Assembly (NCBI GenBank): GCA_038870455.1
Contig: JAWCPB010000019.1
Coordinates: 1 to 23,296 of the forward strand
DNA: 23,296 nt
Direction of reading: 5' to 3'
Origin: Candidatus Micrarchaeia archaeon
Lineage (GTDB): Archaea; Micrarchaeota; Micrarchaeia; Burarchaeales; JACRGF01
Below, one piece after another: positions 7,242 to 14,818 of this stretch. The translations under genes and the position numbers were made by a program. The notes beneath the pieces were generated by a model that saw only the letters and a program-made list of their open reading frames with translations, ran no database searches and was not told where the DNA came from. Every line of letters begins with the position of its first letter. The stretch's first letter is position 1.

Positions 7242-10200
7242 CTAAAATCTGGCATTAAGGAAAAAGAAAAATTTCCACAGTTCGAACTCTTCGATAGGTC
7301 TCAGAGTTAGGACTTTATCATAATCAGCTCGAAGTCCAAGATCAAGTTGCCAATTTCCGTATTTTTCTCCTCTGATTGTAAGGACTGGCCCTCCGCCTCC
7401 GCCGAACATGCTCCATCTTGTTGCTCCACTTTGATAGATTGTCTCGCCTCCTCCAATGCCCGCAGAGAGCTCAAGCGTCAAATCCCATTTTTTTTTCTTT
7501 ACCCAAAAGATGCTTGCCTCAAGTTTGCCAATGTGCTGCTTCAGATATGAATAGTCAGCCTGACCGAGATTAAGCTGTTCCAGAAAATCTTTTATATCTT
7601 CATACCCCTCCTCTTTATTAAGCACCGCAATAAGGTTCTGATACTCGCTCTCGCTCATCACAGAAACGATGCCTTTTTTCCGCACATCATCGAATATGTA
7701 GAGCACACGCACTTCCCCATAAGTGTCCAACTTGAACGCTATCTCCGCGTTCAGATTTGTCAGTTCTTTATCAGAGAGACGGATGTATTGGCCAGAGAAG
7801 GCTGCTATGGTCTCGATCGATGGAGAAAAGTTCAAGTATGCGGCCACTCCTCCAGCAACGCCAACAGGGTAATACACAGAACCCCATATCCCAAGCTCCT
7901 GCAAGAGTGCGCCTTTTTCGAAATGCCGCACGACCTTTGCTCCAAAGGTATAGGCCTCTTCTCCGACCAAGCCTCCGCCTCCAATCAGCCACTTTGTCCA
8001 GTCCTTGGCGAGCAGGCCTCCTCCGAGCCACGGGGTTTCCTGCCCGACGATTTCCGCAACGAATTTCCCCTCGTCGTCCTTGTATCGGATGATGCCTATT
8101 GTGCCAGCTCCCGAAAAGCCTACCCTGTCCACCGCACCCTCTATTCTTTTTTCACCGAGCTCATCAAGCACAAACCTGAATGCAACGTTAAAATCCACGC
8201 CTGTCTCTTCGGCCAACCTCCGTGCTAGAATGGAGGCTGTCACATAATGATTGAATTTCTCTCTGTCCATGATCCATGTAACTCTCCCGCCCGTTATCTC
8301 ACCCCGGATTTCCTCAACCGCTGCTGACCTGGCCTTCGCCCACTTTTCAATCTCGGCTTTCACGGCAGGATCGTCTGGATTGAAGCCCAGCGCCCGCGCG
8401 TAATCGCTCCCTATCTTTACAAGCTGCTCATAAGTTGGAGCCGGGGCTGCGAACAATCCCTTGTTCTCCGAAAAGGATTTGTCGATAGCGCTGGCCACAG
8501 CGCTTTGTGGGATTTCTTTCTCTCCGAGCTGTTGCTTTAACCTGTTAAATCTCCACAAGAGGTCGTTAAAGCCGAAGACGTTGACGTAGTGTTTTTTTAG
8601 CTGAAACTTTAGCACGCCATACACGTCGCGTCCCTCGGCCGCCCCTAACGTAAGCTCAAGCGGCAGTGGTTTGGAAAACAGCGTGGCAAGCTCCACGCCT
8701 TTTTTCCCGTCAATCTCGCGGTATGCACCTACGATGTGTGAGACAACCTTCTTGTTGCGCAGCTGGGCGCCAGCTGCCAGAATCACATCTTCCGGCCTTT
8801 CGAAAACGCCAACCGCCTTCTCCCTGCTGATTATGGCTCCAAGCATGGCCGGACCAACCGTTCCGGCGAGAACAACCCCCCCAAAAGACTTATCCGGAAG
8901 GTCGAACACCTTTCCTTCTTCTCCATACATTTTGTATCTCAAGCTCAACCCGAAAAGATCATCCACTGTTCCCCAGTAGCTCCCGAAAAGCTGATTTATC
9001 TTCTCTCCATTCGCGTTGTAAATGTCCATGCTCTTTATATGGATGAGGTGGCCGTGGGTGTTGAGAAAGGCGTATGCATTATACAGGCCGGTTCCGTAGT
9101 CTTTCTCTATGTAAAACACGATGTTGTTTTCTTCCGGAATTTGGCCCTCGATGTAGCTCTGGAGAATCTCCCCCTCGTTCCAACGAAACATCTGATACGG
9201 CACGGCCAGCTTTCCATCCTTTGCAATGCCAATGCCACGCAACTCCTCGAAAAATTTTACCAGCGCGTTTTTGCCATAATCTTCATATTGTCCTTCGATT
9301 AGGGCGCTCGACTCGGGACCAACCCCGACAACTCTTCCTCCGACATTCCACCAGCTGGATTCATATGAGCGGGCTACAAACTCTTTTCCATAGCCAGCCA
9401 CAATGGTCTCCACCCGCTGCTGCCTTTCCTTGGGCGACTGTGTGGATTCGGACATTAGCTTGTCGACTAACGCCTTTCGTTTGTCAGCATCCGGCTCGAA
9501 GGAAGCAAGAAGCTCATCAAACTTGTCGCGTCTCTGCTGGGCATCCTCGATATCGTAGGCGCTCAGGATGTCGTTCACAAGTCTGCTCTGGCCAGCATCC
9601 TGAAGTCCATAGGCGGTCGTAATGCTTTTTTGTATCTCAGCCTTCATTGTCGTCTCCCAGCCAACGAAACGTGTCTTGTACGCTCTCTGCGGCTTCCAGC
9701 TTGTCAGCGCGTTAATATAGTCACTTATGCCCCTCCAGCCAATCGGCTCTTTCGCCGCGCCTGGGATGCCATCGCGAGCAAAAGTTGGGAGCCCAAACAC
9801 GTTTTTTAGCTCTTCAAAATGTAATGGCTGTATATCGCTTATGAAAGCCCGCCTTCCAATAGGGGGGCCTGGAAAGTATGGATAAATTCTTCCTAGTTCA
9901 TAGCCGCCAGTGGTGTAAGTGTCACTGCCCCAGCTAGCTTTGTAAAAAGAGTAATAGCCAAGTGGCCAGCCCAGCGACCAGTAGATCTGTTTATAGACAC
10001 TGCCGTAATAATATAGATACGGCTCTCTGACCATCATATCTTCCTCTCTGCCGCTCTCAAGGTACCTGCCGAAGTACCCCGCCATGGGATTCACGTCAGC
10101 GCAGCCGAGGAGGTATTCGATTTTTTCTTTGTAATAGGTCTCGATGATCTTTTTGGCATCCAAGGCGTTTTTTCCCATGTTCTGTAGGTTGTTGTCATAC

Positions 10201-11609
10201 AATACGATGGTTGTTATGAGCTGCTCCAGCTCTCCATTAGCGGTTGTCCGTCTTATCAACGCCGGCAGCGCATTCGTGAAGAACGGCACCAGCCCTCCAT
10301 AGGCAATTTGGGGCAACTGGCCGTACAGCATGTTAAGGAATTCATTGTTGTCCAGGTTATTTTGTCTCAGCACCGGCAGCGCTTTACTCAAGAAGGCCCA
10401 CTGGGCGCGGATGTCAAGCTTCAAGATTGGGGCAAAAGGCAGTCTTCTGTCACTGAATTCCTTCACAAAGTTGGCCCTTGTTTTTAAGAAGGTTTCGTTC
10501 TTGGAAAGATTAATTAAAACTTCGAGTGAATCTTTCCCTCCAATTTCATCGTCGATTGTTGTGGAGTAATAGGAGAGGAAGACATCCTTCACAGCAGGCG
10601 GGAGTCCATCCACCGCCTTGCGCGCGTTTTCTGCTGCTTTATCTAGACGCGAACGAATGTCAGATTTTTCTGCGGTGTAGACAAAATCTCCTGACAGATT
10701 AGCCAGGTAGTTGAGAAGGTTGAGCATGCTGGTCTTCGCATAGTCAAGCTGGTGTCCGGTTTGCACACACCACTTACGCAAGTTGTGTGGGTCGAACCCC
10801 GGGACATCCTTGAGTCCGATTTTGTTAAGCACTTTACGCACACCATCGATGTAACCACTTTTCCATTCAGCGTTTCGTATAACATATCCTGCCTCTGCTG
10901 AACCAAGACGATCTTCAAGTTCCTTGCGCCTCTCGAGATCAAGCGGATCGGCAAGCCAAGTGGCGATCATCAAACCCAACCTTTCTCCTACCGAATAGCC
11001 ATCCTTATAGTCTTCTGTTATACCCTTCGAAAGGACCTGTTGCTCAAGCTCTCCAAAAATGTTGGTGCTTCTAATGGCTTCTGTATAACCCTTGTACTTG
11101 CTCTCCGGAGATTTCATGCGGGCGTAAATCTTCACCAGATGGTCATATGCCTCAATCCACTTTTCAGCTTCAACAAGTTCCTTTAGTTTTCTCACGTCCT
11201 CTTCTGCGAGTGTGTTAACGGTCTTCTTGGGCACGACAGGCTTTTTCTCGGGCTTTTCCGGCTTCTTCTCCATGTAAGCTTGTACCGCCTGTACGAACTC
11301 CTCGCCGTAGAGTGTTTTGGCATTTGTTGGATTATTGCGCGCAGACTCGATAGCACTGACTAAATCCTTAGGGGTAATCACTCCTCCCAACAAATTCCTG
11401 AGTCGAAGAAAACCTTTATCCTTATTAAGCGCGTTCCAATAGCCGCGCTTGAAATCTTCATTGTTTCCGTATTCCTTTGCGAGTCTCAGAAAATCCTCTT
11501 TTGCTTTTTCGTTCCCGGTTCTGGCAAACTTGGAAATAGCTTCAAAAGCATTCTCGCCAGCTTTTTCTTCCTTTGTGATCGGCTTTGGAACCTGTCCCAT
11601 GGTGCACAC
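7242..11609 (-). CDS. Large hypothetical protein (1455 aa): helical N-terminal part, beta-strand-rich C-terminal part ending in Phe
   Basis: Uninterrupted 4.4-kb ORF with lower GC than the core genes. No family recognised. The start may be 11600. Confidence 0.85.
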   Translation of the reverse strand: MCTMGQVPKPITKEEKAGENAFEAISKFARTGNEKAKEDFLRLAKEYGNNEDFKRGYWNALNKDKGFLRLRNLLGGVITPKDLVSAIESARNNPTNAKTLYGEEFVQAVQAYMEKKPEKPEKKPVVPKKTVNTLAEEDVRKLKELVEAEKWIEAYDHLVKIYARMKSPESKYKGYTEAIRSTNIFGELEQQVLSKGITEDYKDGYSVGERLGLMIATWLADPLDLERRKELEDRLGSAEAGYVIRNAEWKSGYIDGVRKVLNKIGLKDVPGFDPHNLRKWCVQTGHQLDYAKTSMLNLLNYLANLSGDFVYTAEKSDIRSRLDKAAENARKAVDGLPPAVKDVFLSYYSTTIDDEIGGKDSLEVLINLSKNETFLKTRANFVKEFSDRRLPFAPILKLDIRAQWAFLSKALPVLRQNNLDNNEFLNMLYGQLPQIAYGGLVPFFTNALPALIRRTTANGELEQLITTIVLYDNNLQNMGKNALDAKKIIETYYKEKIEYLLGCADVNPMAGYFGRYLESGREEDMMVREPYLYYYGSVYKQIYWSLGWPLGYYSFYKASWGSDTYTTGGYELGRIYPYFPGPPIGRRAFISDIQPLHFEELKNVFGLPTFARDGIPGAAKEPIGWRGISDYINALTSWKPQRAYKTRFVGWETTMKAEIQKSITTAYGLQDAGQSRLVNDILSAYDIEDAQQRRDKFDELLASFEPDADKRKALVDKLMSESTQSPKERQQRVETIVAGYGKEFVARSYESSWWNVGGRVVGVGPESSALIEGQYEDYGKNALVKFFEELRGIGIAKDGKLAVPYQMFRWNEGEILQSYIEGQIPEENNIVFYIEKDYGTGLYNAYAFLNTHGHLIHIKSMDIYNANGEKINQLFGSYWGTVDDLFGLSLRYKMYGEEGKVFDLPDKSFGGVVLAGTVGPAMLGAIISREKAVGVFERPEDVILAAGAQLRNKKVVSHIVGAYREIDGKKGVELATLFSKPLPLELTLGAAEGRDVYGVLKFQLKKHYVNVFGFNDLLWRFNRLKQQLGEKEIPQSAVASAIDKSFSENKGLFAAPAPTYEQLVKIGSDYARALGFNPDDPAVKAEIEKWAKARSAAVEEIRGEITGGRVTWIMDREKFNHYVTASILARRLAEETGVDFNVAFRFVLDELGEKRIEGAVDRVGFSGAGTIGIIRYKDDEGKFVAEIVGQETPWLGGGLLAKDWTKWLIGGGGLVGEEAYTFGAKVVRHFEKGALLQELGIWGSVYYPVGVAGGVAAYLNFSPSIETIAAFSGQYIRLSDKELTNLNAEIAFKLDTYGEVRVLYIFDDVRKKGIVSVMSESEYQNLIAVLNKEEGYEDIKDFLEQLNLGQADYSYLKQHIGKLEASIFWVKKKKWDLTLELSAGIGGGETIYQSGATRWSMFGGGGGPVLTIRGEKYGNWQLDLGLRADYDKVLTLRPIEEFELWKFFFFLNARF

Positions 11610-11625
11610 ATTTGATACTTAGGAT

Positions 11626-12753
11626 TTAAGGGAATGTTCTTCCTTCTTTTTTTCCTTTTCCAGGGGCTTTTGGTTGTGGTTGATATGTTTGGGGTTGATA
11701 TGGAGGCTGGTACGTCTTAGGGCGCTTTTCCGTGCAGGAGCGAATGACAATACCTCCAACGATAATCAACCCCAAAGTTGCAAATGGATGTTTTTTCACT
11801 CCGCGCGCTACTGCTGTGAGGTATTCTGCAAATTTTGGAAGAACCCGGGCTTCGATTACTTCAAACCCGTATTTTCTGAAAGCCTCGAGCCAAAGCCCTT
11901 TTCCTTTCATCAGGCCGATAACATCGTTTTTGATGGAGGTTATGTGGGATTCTTCAATCCCGTGCCTTTTCAGGACTGACTCCACTATGTCGGGGATGCT
12001 TTTTGAGGCATTTTTCTTATCGAGTGTTTCAATTATGATGTCCTGCATCAACAAATCTTTTTGTTCGGCGGAAAGAGCGAGGCTCCTAACAGAGCTCGAG
12101 ATATTGCGGGTGACTTCTACGATGTTGGCGTGCACAAACTTTCTGAACTGCCTCGCATTGATTATACCGTCTCTGCTGAGCTGAACGAGAAAATCATCAA
12201 TGCCGATGCCGTTGTGCAACGCGATTTTTTCGAGCAGTGGGTTTGTGGGGTCGTATTTCGCCAGCACTCTAATGAGCCTTTCAATTTCTTTTTCGCTCAG
12301 AGGCACTCCTTTTTCCAGTTTTCTTTTCAAAAGCCACCTGAATGGCGCCTTCCACCACTTCGCTTCTTTAAGAGCAGGACTTTCTACAATAATTTCGTAG
12401 AAGTCTTTTGGAAAAGTTGCCTGAAACATGCGGACCATTTCAATGCTCTTCGCTGTGCCAGTTGTGATTTCTACGGCTTTCTCGGGCGGGACGGCTATTG
12501 TTCTCTCAAGTTTATTCAAATCGTACTTGAGAACAGCAATTTCGCCTTTGGGGGTTTCCCCCTTTTGTATTTCCGCCATTATACCCTCGAGTCGTTTTCG
12601 TAAATTGTTTATTTTGGCTTTTGCATCATTCGGAAGATCTTTTTGTAACAATTGGAAGATTCTATTTTCTATCTCTTCGATTATCTTTATGAGTTCTTCG
12701 GGTCCTCCTTTGAACGCAGCCACTTTCTTTTGTATGTCGCTTACAACCCCCAC
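11626..12753 (-). CDS. Hypothetical protein with coiled-coil N-terminus, one near-C-terminal TM helix and YQP repeats
   Basis: GTG start preceded by AGGTGA and a TTTAAATA box (12785-12792, -). TM segment FATLGLIIVGGIVI, then TYQPPYQPQTYQPQP. Confidence 0.8.
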   Translation of the reverse strand: MGVVSDIQKKVAAFKGGPEELIKIIEEIENRIFQLLQKDLPNDAKAKINNLRKRLEGIMAEIQKGETPKGEIAVLKYDLNKLERTIAVPPEKAVEITTGTAKSIEMVRMFQATFPKDFYEIIVESPALKEAKWWKAPFRWLLKRKLEKGVPLSEKEIERLIRVLAKYDPTNPLLEKIALHNGIGIDDFLVQLSRDGIINARQFRKFVHANIVEVTRNISSSVRSLALSAEQKDLLMQDIIIETLDKKNASKSIPDIVESVLKRHGIEESHITSIKNDVIGLMKGKGLWLEAFRKYGFEVIEARVLPKFAEYLTAVARGVKKHPFATLGLIIVGGIVIRSCTEKRPKTYQPPYQPQTYQPQPKAPGKGKKEGRTFP

Positions 12754-12793
12754 TTCATCACCTGTGTATTGTGCGCATCTTCGCTATTTAAAT

Positions 12794-14122
12794 CTATATC
12801 TCCAGCTTATGTTCCTCTGCGTATTCGATGGCAAGTCGTGCAAGCTCATTTCCCTCTATTTTCTTAATTCTTCTCCTCACTTCTTCCGGAATGGCATGGC
12901 CGCGGTAGTACTCGAGTATGCATTTTGCAAGAAACGGCGCGATTTCCTCCTTTTCTTTTAGTTTCAGAATTTTCCTTATTTCATCAAACGCGCCTTCCCT
13001 GTCCAATTCCCCTTCCGAGTAGTGCTTTTCGAAAACTTCTGGGAAGAGGGAGCTGACCAGCAGAATCCCCAGATCGAGTTGTATATCGGTCTGGGATGCG
13101 ATGAATTTTTCAAACGTCTTCTCCTCTTCCCGCCATGTTTCATACACTTCCTTTAGAGCCCATGCGATGTCTAAAGTGACATAAGGGGTGATAACCCACT
13201 TTATGAACCACCGCGGCGCATACTTGTAGATTGCGGTCCATCCCAGCGTCATGAGTATGGCATTGAACATGAAGTCTCTGATTTGCTCGTGGGCCGGCCG
13301 GAAGACCTCGCCGAGATAATCGGCGTTGTTGCGGTAGGCCAACTCCAGTTCGTCAAATGCTCTGGCAGCTTCCCCTCTTGCAGACACGATGCGCTCGAAG
13401 TTTTTTCTTATTGTTTTTTCATCCCCGGAAAGTATGGCCATGCCCGCCGCGGCAGTCGTATCGAGCAGCAGGCGAAGCCGGGATTCCGCCTCCTCCAGCG
13501 CCAAGGCGTATTCCGTGAAGGCGCGTTTCTGCGCCTGGCTGATCTCCCTTCCGCCCCAGAAGACATCTCGGATGGTCCGCCAGATGGCGATGTCCTTGCC
13601 CGTAAGCATTTCGTATGCGCCCGCGCCGGCAGCGTAGGGAAGCGCTCCCAAAATCGTCATGAGCATGGTGCCGCCCGTGAGAAAGAGGCGCGAGGCCGCG
13701 CCCGGCGCGCGCAATTCCGAGAGATTCGCGAGGGTTTTGTCATACTTCTCGTATGTGCGCACAAAGGCCTCCATTTGAATGAGTATGCCGGGGTTTTTCT
13801 TCAGGAAAGTTTTAGCTGCGTTGAGCTGCTCGGGCCTCATTGAGGAGAGAAAGGAGTAGACGCGCCACTCAACATCTTTCGGGAGGCTGATGAAAGTGCG
13901 AAGTGGCATTCCAGATGCCAGGCTTTTGAGAATGGCGAGAATTATTTCGGCCTCCACGCGCTTGGCATACTGTTGAAAGAATTTGTCAGCGGCAACCCGT
14001 TCGCGTGGACTCATCCTTGAGAAATCCACCGGCACATGATGGGTATTGTATACCTTCACCGCGTCCTCAGGAGAGAGCGAAAATCCCACCTTTGGGGTGG
14101 GCGCGAGTAGTTGTTGCGTCAT
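12794..14122 (-). CDS. Hypothetical helical protein with internal hydrophobic segments
   Basis: 442-aa ORF with hydrophobic stretches LFLTGGTMLMTILGALPYAAGAGA and FMFNAILMTLGWTAIY...WFIKWVITPYVTLDIAWAL. Confidence 0.8.
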   Translation of the reverse strand: MTQQLLAPTPKVGFSLSPEDAVKVYNTHHVPVDFSRMSPRERVAADKFFQQYAKRVEAEIILAILKSLASGMPLRTFISLPKDVEWRVYSFLSSMRPEQLNAAKTFLKKNPGILIQMEAFVRTYEKYDKTLANLSELRAPGAASRLFLTGGTMLMTILGALPYAAGAGAYEMLTGKDIAIWRTIRDVFWGGREISQAQKRAFTEYALALEEAESRLRLLLDTTAAAGMAILSGDEKTIRKNFERIVSARGEAARAFDELELAYRNNADYLGEVFRPAHEQIRDFMFNAILMTLGWTAIYKYAPRWFIKWVITPYVTLDIAWALKEVYETWREEEKTFEKFIASQTDIQLDLGILLVSSLFPEVFEKHYSEGELDREGAFDEIRKILKLKEKEEIAPFLAKCILEYYRGHAIPEEVRRRIKKIEGNELARLAIEYAEEHKLEI

Positions 14123-14163
14123 TGAATGTTTTTGCGTGGGGGATGCATAAAAAGGGTGCGGTT

Positions 14164-14565
14164 TCAGCCCGCGCTGGCGCCCCCGCCTTTGGCAATTTCT
14201 ATCTTAGGGGGAATCATGGGCGGGGCGAGGTTGATGGGCCTCACCACGAGCGTGCCGTTGGTGCTGCACGTGAAGTTTATGGTGTTCAGCACCACTTCGG
14301 CAAAGTCGGCTGGCAGCCTCTTTTCCCCATCCCAGGTCCGCTCTATCTCACTGGCCCGCTTGGGCTCTTCTTTTGCATAGAGAATGCCCTGGATTTTGAG
14401 CGAGCCGACTTTCTCGGCATAGGCAACTGTATAAGTGTATTTTATCTCTATGTCTTCGCCGTTCACTTTTAGCGCGTCGAGCCCGATGTTGATGCTGAGG
14501 CCTGTGATGGGCTCGTCGCTCTCACGCCTGGCCTCAACCGAAGTGATTTTCCCGCCAGTAATCAT
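14164..14565 (-). CDS. Archaeal hypothetical protein, possibly SecB-like fold
   Basis: Four beta-strand-like segments, then a helix and an NLAPPMIPP tail. TTTAAATA box at 14596-14603 (-). The fold call is from memory of similar archaeal proteins and is unverified. Confidence 0.7.
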   Translation of the reverse strand: MITGGKITSVEARRESDEPITGLSINIGLDALKVNGEDIEIKYTYTVAYAEKVGSLKIQGILYAKEEPKRASEIERTWDGEKRLPADFAEVVLNTINFTCSTNGTLVVRPINLAPPMIPPKIEIAKGGGASAG

Positions 14566-14607
14566 CGAACCACCCTTAAACAGATTTATCCTCCGTATTT
14601 AAAAACC

Positions 14608-14818
14608 TTACATGAAGTCCGCCAAATTGAACTGCTTCTGCGTCTCGTCCTGCCGAACCCAGGGGGCCGAACCGCGGGAACCTGCGGTTCCCCCAGTTTG
14701 AGGTTTCTCCGTAATCCCCTCCTAAAGAGGGGGGAAGGTCGAGGACGAAGGGGGGACACCTCCCCCCTTTGTCTTACATGAAGTCCGCCAAATTGAACTG
14801 CTTCTGCGTCTCGTCCTG
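14608..14818. repeat. Perfect 45-bp direct repeat (14608-14652 and 14774-14818) equal to the last 14 codons plus stop of polC
   Basis: TTACATGAAGTCCGCCAAATTGAACTGCTTCTGCGTCTCGTCCTG occurs at both positions (46 bp if the preceding C is counted). Confidence 0.97.
14653..14773 (-). mobile_element. 121-bp non-coding multi-hairpin dispersed element, copy B, between the 45-bp direct repeats
   Basis: Reverse complement matches 1222-1340. Hairpins GACAAAGGGGGGA/TCCCCCCTTCGTC, CCCCTC/GAGGGG and GGGAACC-gca-GGTTCCC. Confidence 0.8.

Noticed and set aside
7242-14122. Provirus or integrated plasmid
   Set aside because: No integrase, capsid, packaging ATPase or replication gene was recognised, and no att repeats bounding the block were seen.
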